Shown here piece after piece: positions 51,752 through 64,000 of a stretch of 64,000 nucleotides of DNA (within the stretch, counting starts at the first letter, position 1; each line of letters opens with the position of its first letter). Where the stretch lies: positions 1 through 64,000 of the forward strand of contig JYFJ02001034.1 in the NCBI GenBank assembly GCA_000934665.2, read 5' to 3'. This DNA is from Catajapyx aquilonaris (lineage: Eukaryota). The translations under genes were made by a program, and so were the position numbers. The notes under the pieces are model-generated. The model searched no databases. It was not told where the DNA came from and saw only the letters and a list, made by a program, of their open reading frames with translations.

Positions 51752-52300
51752 ATGGATGTGATTGAGCTGGTGGATGAACCGTTGAGCGTGGAGGAAGCCA
51801 GCTCCACTGTTGGTTCACAGACGGCCGGAGCCATTTCCCTCTTCGTTGGGACTACTCGTAACCATTGCGATGGAAAGAAGGTCCGCACTTAGCATATGTT
51901 GCGCTATTACGTGTTTAGAATCAAAATATCCCGCAGGTTGTCAAGCTGGAGTACGAGGCATACCGGCCCATGGCCAAGCAGGAGATGAAACGTATCTGCC
52001 AGCAAATTAGGGACAAATGGAGCGTCAAAAACATATCTATATTTCATCGGTAAGTGGGCACCCATGTCATCTGGAATTACTGAAGCAGCCTGTGCTCATT
52101 ACAGGTTGGGAGAAGTCCCTGTAAAAGAAGCCAGCGTGATAATCGCAGTGTCGTCTGAGCATCGCAAGGAGTCGCTTGAAGCAGTTGCGTTTGCAATCGA
52201 CACTTTAAAAGCCACGGTTCCCATTTGGAAAAAGGAAGTTTACGAGGGAGCGGAGCCCAAATGGAAGGAAAATCAAGAGTGCGCCTGGAAAGCAAAGTGA
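51752..52300 (+). CDS. MOCS2: Molybdopterin synthase catalytic large subunit MOCS2B; exons 51752-51880, 51937-52049, 52105-52300
   Basis: [64 protein letters not shown]. Confidence 0.95.
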
Positions 52301-52568
52301 TTGTGATACTCGCGCTGAACATTTATTTTCAGCCGTAGCGGTTAGTGCGCAACCATGTTAAAATGTACCGAGATATTTTTATTATTATATTATGATCAAA
52401 ATATGCCCTGATATTTTATGTTACATACAGTTAACTATGTGAAATATATTTGTTATGAAGTTGAAATGGTGTTGGAAGGTTGATGACAATTTATTTCTTA
52501 AAATGTGTACCAAGGTTGCCAGATGGCACAGTGGCCTTGAAGTTTCATCTGGCCACCTTGGCTTCAAA

Positions 52569-53360
52569 ATGGCAGCTTCATCAGTTGATCATCAAGCAAT
52601 GGAAGGTAAAATTGTTACTTATAATTTGACAGGTACAAACCTGTAAATGTTGCACCATTTTTCTAGCTCCAGCGATGCCCAGCCAGAAGGCTTGCAGGCA
52701 GCGAGGGACAGCGCCTAGAATAGACCCATCGCTGGTTCAAGACTCCACCAGCACCATGGACCAGGTACTGGCGTCACCATGCGACGGACAGGTCTGATGC
52801 GACTTCCATTTCCAGATTAGGGCAGAAATCCGGAAGATGAAGAGGAGGAAGAGGGCGGAGTTGGACATGATGAACCGGTTTGAATTCTGCCTTCCGGAGG
52901 AGGGAATAACGTGCGCCAGGACCAGAGCCGTCTTCAGGCGGACGCAAGGAATGACCAGCCACATGAAAGGCAAGCATGCCCTGCCTTTTTTTATATATAT
53001 ATATAATCAATTAATTAATGTATTTGTGCAGTCGTGCGAGTCCAGAACGCTTGGGGACCTCAAACCCACCGAGAAGAAGTTGCTGCTCCTGCGCCTCCAG
53101 TGGACAGTTCGCCTACGAAAGAGCCGGACGGACCCCGGCCGCTCTCGCCTGTGCCGATTTCCCTCTCGCCTGAACCGCAAGGCAGCGACGGCCAAGCAAC
53201 CAAAGTAACGGAAAGGAGGCTGCAGAAAATGGAAAAGCTGCTTGGACTCACCCCAAGTAGCGGACAGCAGCAACCCGAGGACGTGTCACTAAGGCTGGAG
53301 AGACTCGAAGCCAAGTTGGCCCTCATGCGAAAACAAGTGTCGAAGCAATCGAAGCATTAA
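52569..53360 (+). CDS. MBIP: MAP3K12-binding inhibitory protein 1 homologue (ATAC complex subunit); exons 52569-52605, 52667-52764, 52816-52969, 53032-53360
   Basis: RKRAELDMMNRFEFC..CARTRAVF..SHMKVVRVQNAWGPQT and ERRLQKMEKLLGL..DVSLRLERLE match the recalled MBIP blocks. The model needs a GC-AG intron. Confidence 0.78.
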
Positions 53361-53877
53361 AATTACGCGTATCTGAAATCACATTTTATTCTCGTAATAG
53401 ACCAATCATCATAGAAAAATGAAATCAAGCTACAACCATCATGGAAAGACAGGATTGAACGTCCTTATCAAAAAAGAACTAGGAATCACTAATGCATATC
53501 AAACCCTAGGAAGCCTCGGAAAGTTTCTTTCTTTTTAAAGCGGTTCAGGGGGAAATGTCAGGTCAGTCCGTACCTGTATAACAGGTAAGCTGGGAATCGT
53601 TTGCAAAGAGAATGAAAACCGTTTCCCCTCAAGCCGTGAAGTGCACCCCCAGAAACAGGCTCCGTACAAAGAAAAGTCGTCGGTAATCATAAATGTTTGT
53701 TGACTGTCACTCTCACTTGCTCACCTACGGAATGGTTGCTCTACTTGCTTCAAATTCTCTCGGGGAAAAACTCACTCACGCTTTGGTTTGGGTCGGATTA
53801 ATTTAACGGGGGGGAAAAAAATGCACTGCGAGAGGCGGAAAAATTCAGTGCACTTTGGTTCGACTCTCCTATCCGCC

Positions 53878-56800
53878 TTAGAGCTCGACTTTCTTGGGCT
53901 TTCCGCTCCTGTCCCATCCGTTGAGCTCGTCAGTTGCATGCTTGGCAATGTACTGGATGAAGTCGTCCACCTCCCGTCCGCCCTGGAGAAAAATTGGGAG
54001 TCAGTTTACTCTCATCCGAGATTGGCCTGGACGTGCGTAGTTACCTCGTAGCGCCTGGGGTTGCTCTTGTCGCTCTTTGGAACCCAGTAAAGGGTAGGGA
54101 ATCCCCGGACGTCAAACAATCCTGGAACGTCGTTGGCAGTTGCATCCATCTTCACAATGTCCACGTTCTCATCCTTCAGCTGCAAATGGACCGAACAATG
54201 CAATGATGAAACTCTTACTTCCAACGGTGTGTTATGCCGACCTTACCTTTTCTCCAAGGATGTCGTACACAGGGCCCAGCTTCTTGCAGTGTCCGCACCA
54301 GGGGGCATAGAACTCCACCAGGGTGTCCCTGCCACTGTTGATCACCAAATCGTCCAGGTTGAGACCCACGGCCACCTTCACGCCGCCAGTGTTGTCCTCT
54401 GGGATTGGCTCCGACTTCAGGTAAGGCTCCAGCCTCTCCGCCTTCAGGTCTTCCAAGAACTTCTCAAAGGTCTCCATCCTGTAATTTGAGCATGTATTGC
54501 AAATTTAACATTTAGAGGACGTTAAAAGGAATGGTACAACCCAAAGCGATTCTTACGAGAACTCGTCCTTCATGATGAACTTCTTGCTCGCCGCATCCTT
54601 AGCGCAAACGACGGGCTTGTCTCCTGGAGTGAAGTCGATGCCGTATTCGTTCAGTTCGTGCTGGAAGTCATCCTTGGCACAGATGCAGAAAGTGTACGAG
54701 TCCTTGTACTTCTGAGCCACCTTCAGGATGCGATTGCGCCAATAGTTGGTGCCTAAAATTGAGGCAAATTACGTATATGATGAAATGTGACATCTCCCGT
54801 GTTTTTCATGCTTACCCTTAGGATTCTTGACGTAATCGACATTGTAGTATGCAACAATCAGAGGCTCTTTGAAGTCCTGTGCATTGTCTCGGTCACGAAC
54901 GCCAACCAAACCATGGCTGAAAATATTGTTTCTAATCAAGACCAATCCAAAACAATCCAGCAACTTTGCAAATACAATGCCACCCACCAATTGCTCTTGA
55001 TCCACTTCTCGATGGCATCCTTGTTCTTTGGTCCGTCAAACTTGACCGTTGGTTCCTCGAACTTGGAGTGCAACTTCTTTGGCCTGAACAGTACGATCTG
55101 GTCGCCTTCCTTAGCATAATCCCCGCCGGCATTCTTGGCCTCGATGTGGGCAAACCTGGTGGACTCCCTCATCTTGTCGGCTGTCTTCATGAAAGCAGTT
55201 CTGAACTCGCTGTTTGCGCCTGACTCGAAGAACCCAACCACGCCCACGTCGTCCTTCCCAGTGAAGTCTTTCAGGCACTCGGCTCCCTTCAGCTCCTTGG
55301 CGCTTGGCCCTACCTGGGCCTTCATGTACTTGGCAATCCCCTGGGCTTCCCTGGGGCCATTGTACTCCTGGCTGACCTCACCATCACGGAAGATCTTCAG
55401 TGTTGGGTAGCCTGTGACGCCATGCTTCCCGCAGGTCTCCTTCCCGCCCTCCGTGCAGTCCACCTTCGCCAGGTATATGGGAGGGTCGTAGCTCTTAAGC
55501 AGGGAAGCAGCCTGCTCAAATTCAGGCTTCAGGCGCTTGCAATGACCACACCTGCAAAATGTTAAGTGTTACCATGTAGATAATGTAAGTTGCCAGATCA
55601 AACCAATAATGGAACGTAAGTGTCACATCATTTTTGTTCCATCACAGGTTGATTGACTACACGAGTATGTAGCAAGTTATTTTTTGCCGCAGTGTGCATT
55701 ATGTGAAGTGAACCGGCAATTTTCCCATCTTCATGGAAGGTTGCCTGCGCAATTATTCACACTTGAATGCTCATTCATGCTCCACAGAAATGATCCGATT
55801 TGGATACCATGAAATTTGGGTCGTGAACATTTATTAGACACTTGTCTTATGTTCCAGTGATTATTACGAGAACCAACAAGTGCTATTGTGCATACCCTGT
55901 GGATACGTGTACCACAGGCTGATAATCACATCTTGAAGAACACATGTGCACATACTGTACATCTATGGCCAGGTTTTAGGGTGCCACGATTACTACAGTA
56001 CACCTGCCTCACAGCCACACATTTGCACAGCTGCAGACACGTGTAACAAATGATACAATGAGCACCTGCGCATAACAATACTTCAGCAGAGAACACCTTT
56101 ATTACAGGTCTCAAAGGCAATTCATAAAAGATCTTCATACATTTTTCAATGCTTATATCTCGAGATGCTTTTATAACTAGAATAGTTTCATTGTGATAAT
56201 ATACCACAAATAAAAAATTTAACGGCTTTTATTCTGCTTGCCTCATCTGCATACATGCCTATCACGTCAATTCATGAATGACAAGTACACGTGTGGTAGG
56301 CCCTTGGGTAGGCCTACACGCATATTAACATAGCAAAAATGGCAATTGGTTTTTCAGATCTTCCCGTTAGATTTTAATGGAAATTGCGACTAATAATTAC
56401 AGAAATTGGGAAGGTGCGGTGGCTTGCTGTGCGAAAGGTCCCAGGTTATAATCCCCACCCGGGAGTTACCTTTCGCCCCCTTTCTCCAGTCCGTTGATAA
56501 TTCCCATAAGGTAAATTTTCCCGGATACAGGGTGTTAACGATAACTCTGGCAAAAATGACCGGGTCAGTAGAGGCCCCATATGCAAGTATTTTGCGCTTA
56601 GGTAACCATCTCTGGAAATGCCCCGTACTGGGGTACGGCTGTTTCCACCATTGGTCTGTTGTGCCTCTGTGAAACAGCGTAGGCTGACCTTGATCTAATG
56701 AAATCCTTTGTTTTGCACTTCACGCTCTCATTTGTTTTCACCTTCGCGTCCTCCACACATAACACACCTGATGAACGCAAGCTTCAAGTACGATGGGTTG

Positions 56801-57537
56801 CCTCCTCACCAGGCTCAACCGACCAAAGGTGGAAACGGCCGTAACCCCATATTTCCGGACATGGGAACCTACGCTCAAAATACTTGCCTATGGGCCCACC
56901 CTGTGATTTTCGCTCAAGTGACCATGACCAACCTGTACAACGCCATCCCGCTTGTAACTCGGCTTTTGGCTGTTCCCCTGAAGAGCGTTACATCCAGGTT
57001 TTACTGTATGTGATTCTAAAAAATTTGGCATTTTTTTCTGTAAAGCCCTTCGCCTCTTAAGTTCTTTTGAAGCCACCCAAATTTGCTCCTTTGCCACATA
57101 CGTACTGCCACAATACTCGCAATCGCTAACTCCAGTACTCTGCACCCAAAAGGTCAACGACCTGTTCCTTCTAACTTCCCATTACAAATTCTTTTCGCTC
57201 TCCCCTGCCTGCGCGAGGCACTAAATGTCAACGGAACAACTAGACCGCATCCCTGCGAGTGCCCCCGTCTCCGCCACATCGCCTTAAGCTGCAACTTGGT
57301 TTGAACACGGTGCATCGGTCCTGCGCATGTGGCAATGTACATGCACCTGACCGAAGTGTTCTGCAACATTCCCAAATATGATTAGTAGATTTACCAAGGA
57401 GCGTAGAACATGACAAGCACGGTGTCATGCTGCTCCACATTGGACTGGAAGTTGTCATCAGTGAAGAGCAGCACGTCCGCCTCCCCCGCCAGGCAAGCCC
57501 CGGCCAGCAGCACCACCAGCAGCGTACACGACCACAT
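53878..57537 (-). CDS. PDIA3: Protein disulfide-isomerase A3 (ERp57/ERp60)
   Basis: Signal peptide, two [10 protein letters not shown] active sites, [32 protein letters not shown]-retention-like KVEL C-terminus. Confidence 0.96.
56528..56935. mobile_element. Tc1/mariner-type MITE in PDIA3 intron 1
   Basis: TA-CAGGGTG...ACCTG-TA with long imperfect arms (gcaagtattttg..tttccacc.ttggtc / gaccaaaggtggaaa..caaaatacttgc). Confidence 0.7.
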
Positions 57538-57889
57538 GACTGTCTGTTGTACCGGTCCGAACGGAGACCTCGAAGGGAATGGAATAGAACTGGTACGGAT
57601 GGAACACCGACCGGCGAACGAACGTGTCAATGGGGAAGGCTGCTCGAAGTGCTGGCCGATCCTGATTGGCCCAGCGCACGACGTCACGTGACATGTTCCA
57701 GGGGGGTGAATCCGCCGAGTGGAACAGCCCCGGCATTAATCACGCCCGTAATTAGTAATTAAAACTTATAATTAAAAACAATAATTATGGAGCAATCACC
57801 ACCCACCGGGATTGACATGCAGTGTACCTTGTACAGGGTGTACCGTACTGTACTGAGGTCATTGGGTTCAGCACCACTGCAGGTACAAC

Positions 57890-59282
57890 ATGTCTGCTGC
57901 TTCCAAGCTCCGCGTGTACTTCGACTTGATGTCCCAGCCTGCCAGAGCGGTGGTGCTGCTCCTGAGGGCCAACAATGTCCCGCACACGCCCTGCCCGGTT
58001 GCGCTCAGGAGGCTGGAGCACATGACGGATGAGTACCGGAACCAGGTGCACCGCTTTGGGAAGGTGCCCGCCATAGAGCACAAGGGGTTCAAGCTCATCG
58101 AGAGGTAACGGATGAGCGGGTTGGATGTGCCGCAGCCTGGGGGGATTCATTGCGGCCCCCCTTTATTCGTTGCAGCATTGCCATCATGCGCTACCTGTGC
58201 AGGGAGATCCCGGAGATTGCTGACCACTGGTACCCCAAGGACAGCAGGGAGCAGGCCAAGGTGGACGAGTACCTGGAGTGGCAGCATCTCAACACCAGGA
58301 CCTACCTCAGCCTGTACTTCCTCTACCAGGTATTCACCATATTTCACATTCGATGAGTATGTGGCTTAACGATGATTGTACGCAGGTGATAGTCCCGTTG
58401 CAAACTCAGAAGCCTCCGAAGGAAGAGACGGTCCGCAAGCGCATAGAGGAGATGGAGAAGATCCTGGACCTGATTGAGAATGTGTGGCTGGAAGGGGACA
58501 AGCCTTTCCTCACCGGGGATAAGATCACCATCGCCGACCTGCTGGGGGTCTGCGAATGCGAGCAGCCAGGTTGGTATCAACAGGATTTAAATGGGGGCGG
58601 CTCAAGCGTCAAATGTTGCAGAAAACATTTTTGAGTCTGAAAAACCTGGGCGGCCATTCAAGGAAAGCGCTAATTAGATCAACATGATCATGCAAGCGAT
58701 TTGATCGGCAATGTACAATGTACGTTGTGTCATGGTAACAATGTATTTTTGCCCCAAACAATTGGTCTCATCGCTCAGCAGCGTACGTCGCTACAACATC
58801 GCTGATCAAATTGTTCGCATGTAAATGAAGCTTAACGTGTCCTACTCTGCGAATTTAAAGATGGAAAATATTAATCAGTTGAATGCACACGGAGTAAATA
58901 TTTCTGTTGGGTCAGACGTTCACCCTAGTTGCATTTTGATGCTGACATTCTGTTTGAGGAATTGGGATAAAGGTGATAGTGAGTACTCTATGATAACATA
59001 CTTGTGGACAAAGTTTTGTTGGCACCTTTGTGATAACCGAAAGAGGTCAAGAAACGAAAATGTGGAGAAATGTGAGTGTAACTAATTAATCTGGGATTAA
59101 TGAAAAACGTTATCTTTCCAGTGATGGCGGGCTACAATCCGTTTGAGAAGTACCCGAAGATTGGCGCCTGGAGGGAGAGGATCCGCAAGGAGCTTAACCC
59201 TCACTACGATGAAGTTCATGCCGTGGCAAGGAATTTTGCCAAGAAGTTTAATGCTGGAGAATTAAATTTTGCAAAGCTTTAA
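57890..59282 (+). CDS. GSTT1: Theta-class glutathione S-transferase; exons 57890-58104, 58176-58329, 58386-58569, 59122-59282
   Basis: YFDLMSQPARAV, FGKVPAI, ESIAIMRYL, DHWYPKD..AKVDEYLEWQHLN, FLTGDKITIADL. Confidence 0.93.
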
Positions 59283-60466
59283 AACGAAGCTTGGTACATG
59301 GTATGTCGGATAGATGACCGGGATTACGGGATATGTTTCGTAAAGTCATGGGGTAAAATGGGTTCTTTTTTGGTTTACAGTTATTTACAGTTGATCTAGA
59401 AAATTATTTGGAATATGTTGATTTTGTAAATTTTTACAAATAGTGTAGGTTAATTAGTGAGGAAGGGTTCCAATTTTAAGCATGTTGTTTGTGAAGCAGC
59501 TCACGGCTTGATGGCAATGAAGCATGGCAGCACTTTATGTTGCGGTTCTACTGAATGGAGCACTGCAGGGTGTATTGACATCGGATCTCGGGGGGAAATG
59601 ACTCGGCTTTGACTCAATCATATTTGCTTCCGACATGTTCGGCATTGTTCTTCCTGACTAGTTCGTTAATTGGCAGCTGACATCAGCGCAGGTGCTCAAC
59701 CGAGATAATGAATCCCATACTCTAGTCCTGTTTGGCATGTTTCACATGTGCTCGTAGCAGCTTTGGTGAAGTCCATTAGTCATAAAGATAATGAGCCAGG
59801 AAGCCAGGATTTTCTGGCTTCACCAGCACGTAAGCAAGGTCAAATCTTTGCCTTCGATTGCTCGAAGCTGTTTTTTTTTTTGGATGTCTGAATTTCTTAT
59901 TTGGGAGGAGCCTGAGTGGCCTACTTTACACGACACATGACACCTGCCATGTCCATGTGTCACTGATGTCACATCAAGAGCTGATAGGTCATTTGCCTCT
60001 GATAAGATAAGTGCCTTCTCATCCCCTCAAGATTTGCCCTTGAGTTGCTCAAGTAATTCAGTGGAATAAATGCATAGCCAAGTGCATAGCAATGTAACTA
60101 ATGGCGACGTGCAAAGTGCTTTTCCAATGTGATTTAGTGCCACGCTGTACGTGCGACTGAATAATTCACAAAATGCGTACGATTTTGTAAAAAATGCGTT
60201 CAATAAATATGTCTACGTATCCAAACTTTCTGCCGCTTGATTCAATCCTGGTAGCGTCTTTAAAATGTCTCTTGGAAAGTGCCTGAACACATGGCAGGAA
60301 GTAGGCCGCAATATCTGGCAACATGAAATGACCTTGGACAGGTGGAAGTCAAGCTTTTTTTCCCTGGCAACTGGCCAGCAGGTCAAGGCAGCTGCCTCTA
60401 TCACTCACAACTTCTTTTTTTCCCTTCTAGTCTGGCTGTTGACTTGGATCCTGTCAGACGCTCGAC

Positions 60467-62091
60467 ATGTCGACTCCGGCTGCCCTGGATCTGTCCGCTC
60501 TCCCGTCCCAGGTGCTGGACCTCAGATGTCCCCAGTTGGAGGAAGTGGCCAAGGTGCTTGAGGAAGGGCTGAAGGTCAACTTCGAGAGAGCCAGCGTGAA
60601 GGTGGTCGACTGCCCGGATTTGTCGCAGCATCCGTTTGGGCTGGCCGCACCAGGTGAGTCCAGATCGCAGTTTTTGACGATGGACAAATTATATGTTAAC
60701 ATTGTCAGTACAAAATGTGATTTCCAAAAGGTGAATAAATATTTATCATTTCCTAACGAGGCGGGTAAAATTCTTTTCGAAGGGAGCCAGTGGAGTGGGG
60801 ATAAAAACTGACCTGCGCAAGGTCATTACGGATAAGGCTGATACGGCCAGATAACTACTTCCACTTTACTAATCTCTGTTTGAGTGACTCTTTTGACATT
60901 GGTGGTTATATTAACTTATCAATAACTTCTAGAAATTTTAATGTCTTGAAGAATTTCAAGACGTGCAGAGTCACCAGTAATAAAGCCACGTTTACATCGA
61001 TTTGACCAGCAATGTTGCAGCAATGACATTGGCGAGTGAAAGTGACGATATACATTCGCCCCAAACAACATCGTTGATTAAAAGCGGCTTAAAATTATTT
61101 TATCGTAGCGAAATACGTCACTGCGTTTGTCTTAAAATTAATGAACCTTTCCGTCCTGAAGGCCTTGGTGGCGAGGCGGAGCCATGCATCCTGGACATTG
61201 GCGGTGTGCCGTACCTGGAGCCAGTCCCAGACCGAAGGCGGATCTACAACCTGCGGAACCTCCCTGGGCTGCTGCCCGGATTCGGAGGGGAGGCAGGGAG
61301 GACCCTGGTGCTTGGCGCTGGTGCTGGGCCGTGGCCCTCTCTGGGCACCAACTGCGAGATGGCAGCCAACATTCTGATGGAAGGACCAGGCGCTAAGGTG
61401 GCCTGCAATAAGACCAGGTTTGCCCTGGTTGGACCAGGAGGCGAATGCGTCGTGAAGGACGCAGCGGATGAGACCTCCTTCTGCCTGATGGCCAACCTGA
61501 TTGCCACGAAAGGGAAGCAACAGGGGAAAGTGTTGGAGGTGAGTTCCCGTCACTCGCTGGGTCGACCCAATAACCAAATGCGTGTTTACAGGTGGCGGCT
61601 GAAGGGCGGAAGGGGAAGGATGACTTTGTGGGGTGCATGCGCAAGGCCCTGCAGAGGAAGTACCCTGCCCCTGGAGCACCTGTGGGTCTTGGCGGTGCGT
61701 TTGTGGTGGCCAAGGGGAAGAGCCACGTCCACGTCATGCCAGACTTCCCCAGCAAGCCGTTTGGAGACGGGGACGTTGGAAGGTGGCTCAAGTTTTACGA
61801 CTTTGACGGCCCCATGGCCTTCATGAGCGTGTTTGTCTCGCACGATCCAGTGAGTATATTTGTCCGCTGCACCTGGGAGTATGACCTGGTAATTTGCGCT
61901 TCTAGGGACTGTCCCTGAGAGTGGAGCACAGCCATGGTTGGAGCAGTGAATCGCCCTCTGACGGGGCTGGTCACTACCACTACGACGTCACCCCAGAGTC
62001 CGTCAAATACGTGGGGTACTACACAATGGCGCCCAAACTGATGCGGCTGGACAGGCCACAGGCTCCGTGGACAGATCCGGTCCTCGACTAA
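60467..62091 (+). CDS. C11orf54: C11orf54/PTD012 zinc-dependent ester hydrolase-like protein; exons 60467-60653, 61162-61538, 61592-61849, 61906-62091
   Basis: VVDCPDLSQHPFGLAAPGLGG, IGGVPYL, GAGAGPW, GLGGAF, HVMPDF, LRVEHSHG..GHYHYDVTP zinc-binding His motif. Confidence 0.93.
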
Positions 62092-62722
62092 TTACACACA
62101 TTTGAATCAATGCAACGTGCGCTCTTCCGGCAAATGAGTTAGCTTGTATGAAATGTACTAAGTACACAGCGGCCGGATGTCTGCTTGGGACGGTGGACAT
62201 TGCATGATGGCGCAATTGGGTTAATTAAATGTGGTTCGACACTAATTGTTCAATTATTGCCAATCCACCCAATCATGATACACCCCGTGGTTCATTCCTC
62301 CTGCAATTTCGACAGTTTGTCCCAGTTACTTGAGCCCCCTGCCGCCGTCCATTGGGCAGTGGCGCTGCCGTCACTGTCCACTGCTGCCATCTGGTCCCTG
62401 GCGGCCCATTCACATGCCATGCACAGTAATCCTTCAGCTTCAGAGCGGTTTAGTTCCGCCTCTTGCCACTTCCCTGCATCAACTGGCGTTGGCGGCGCGT
62501 GACTGTTGCCCCGTCTGGCGGTCGGCGGCGGAATTATTCAACTGCCCGTTTGTGACTGTTTCCTAGGCATGTACCGGTCGTGTGTGGATGGAACAATCGA
62601 ACGTTCCATCACTGACGACGGATCACCTTTCGTGTCACTCCAGGATCACCAATTGTTCCAAGTAAGTGTGCGGTGCATCACCTCGATGGGTGCCGTGGTG
62701 ACACTGTTCCGTTTATGCAGAC

Positions 62723-64000
62723 ATGCCGAGGAGGAGGAAGCCGAAGAGTCTGGAGTCGCTGAGCTGGGTAGGGGTTGCCACCAACGTGGTTCGAGGCTGC
62801 CCACAACCAGAGGAGGTTGAGTCCTACAGGAGGAAGATCCCTCCAGTGATGGCCAACCGGTACACGGAGGAGCTTCTCAAGGCTGCCTCAGCCACACCCG
62901 TGGATCCCGCAGGGTCCCTCCGAAGCGCCTTCCATCCCGACTGCAGCGTGGTGCAACTGAGCTCGCCAAAGCTGTTCAAACTGTCCTGTTACGCTTGGTG
63001 CCAGCTCTTCACCAACTTGGACACAATGCCTGGTCTGATAATGCTCAAAATTTGCCAGGTCGTTCCAACACGGGAGTGTCGTCAGGTGGTAGTCGACATG
63101 CTGGTGAGGCATCTCCCGGTGCTTCAGGAACTTATGACTCTCTCAATGGACGCTATGGTTGGAGTAGGCGTCATGTGTAAAACGGCTCGTTTGGAGCAGG
63201 AGACTGATCTGCCACCTCAAGTGCAAGTATATGCAAATTGTGCCAACTTACAGATGCTGGACATGGGCGTTAGTGCCCTTAGGCATGAGGACATCATTTG
63301 CCTCCTGGACAACCTGCCGCAACTCAAGTCCTTGCCGATTCCCGACATAGAGAAGGTACTGGCATTATTAGGCGGACGTTCCTATGGCCTGGCTGATTTC
63401 TCCGATACTGTACAAGACACGAAGAATTTGAACAAAATAGGGGATTATTTCCCGCAATTGGAGACACTTCGACTGGATGTGTCTAGTTCTTCTCTGACAT
63501 CCATAAGCAATCTGCCACGCTTGGAGACTCTGCATATCCATTACGCAACCCGCAGACCTCTCCATGCCATGATGACCCCTTGCATCTCGCGCCTACGCCA
63601 TCTATATCTTCGACGTGTCACCAAGATCGATTCTGTGTTCAGGAGAGACCTGGACACGACCTATCCGCTGACCGCTCTGTCGTTACATTATTGCACAGAC
63701 ATAGACATGGTTGGAATTGCGAAATCCTTACCGAAGCTCAAGGAGCTTAGAATTATTTGCAGTTCTGTCACCAGGCTGACTGGAACTGCACTGATGCCTT
63801 ACCCTTTCCAACGCATGACTCATTTTGAGATGCTGGGCAGCTGCGAAGGTTGGACCAAAAGCCACGATCGTTACCTCCTGTCTTCTTGCACCAAACTCCA
63901 GAATCTGGTTTTCATCGGAAATAGTACCATGAAGGACGCTGATTTTTGCGAATCAATTGCGTCCAATCCTATGAAAGAGTTACGCGCATTTTCTCTGCTC
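62723..64000 (+). CDS. Leucine-rich-repeat protein with N-terminal BC-box-like motif, truncated by the window end
   Basis: Uninterrupted 426-codon frame MPRRRKPKSLESLSWVGVA...CANLQMLDM..LPQLKSL..FPQLETLRL..LPRLETLHI..LPKLKELRI..CTKLQNLVF. Not in the ORF track because it has no stop in the window. Confidence 0.8.
   Translation, partial: MPRRRKPKSLESLSWVGVATNVVRGCPQPEEVESYRRKIPPVMANRYTEELLKAASATPVDPAGSLRSAFHPDCSVVQLSSPKLFKLSCYAWCQLFTNLDTMPGLIMLKICQVVPTRECRQVVVDMLVRHLPVLQELMTLSMDAMVGVGVMCKTARLEQETDLPPQVQVYANCANLQMLDMGVSALRHEDIICLLDNLPQLKSLPIPDIEKVLALLGGRSYGLADFSDTVQDTKNLNKIGDYFPQLETLRLDVSSSSLTSISNLPRLETLHIHYATRRPLHAMMTPCISRLRHLYLRRVTKIDSVFRRDLDTTYPLTALSLHYCTDIDMVGIAKSLPKLKELRIICSSVTRLTGTALMPYPFQRMTHFEMLGSCEGWTKSHDRYLLSSCTKLQNLVFIGNSTMKDADFCESIASNPMKELRAFSLL

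Overview
Gene-dense eukaryotic (invertebrate, probably arthropod-like) genomic DNA with many ~55-65 nt GT-AG introns. Genes reconstructed by hand, in order: a (kringle-kringle-FAMeT-like-FAMeT-like)x2-TSP1-Ig-Ig-TM membrane protein (-), ANAPC10 (-), voltage-gated proton channel HVCN1 (+), DAZAP1/Hrb27C hnRNP (-, ~14 kb), three tandem paralogous secreted low-complexity proteins (+), sorting nexin 1/2 (-), a divergent DDX19/DDX25-like helicase with DEGD/STT motifs (+), RBM18 (-), bicistronic MOCS2A/MOCS2B (+), MBIP (+, GC-AG intron), PDIA3/ERp57 (-), theta-class GST (+), a C11orf54 homologue (+) and an LRR ORF running off the window (+). Introns and intergenic DNA hold many MITE/foldback elements (piggyBac, Harbinger, Tc1/mariner-pogo types), Helitron-like insertions, a tRNA-derived SINE, a minisatellite and a 585-nt poly(A) run that is probably an artefact. 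The best candidate for an undescribed system is the 27.2-34.7 kb cluster. Its three genes share a 4-exon plan (intron phases 0/1/1), a signal peptide, an RR-Q convertase site at the end of exon 3, and an acidic Gly/Asp block followed by a basic His/Arg/Gly tail; A and C also share a GDGHxGH motif and promoter motifs. This suggests a processed secreted polyampholyte family (adhesive, structural, mineral-binding or antimicrobial). Gene identities come from recalled family motifs, not database searches, and exon boundaries are inferred from splice consensus and frame.
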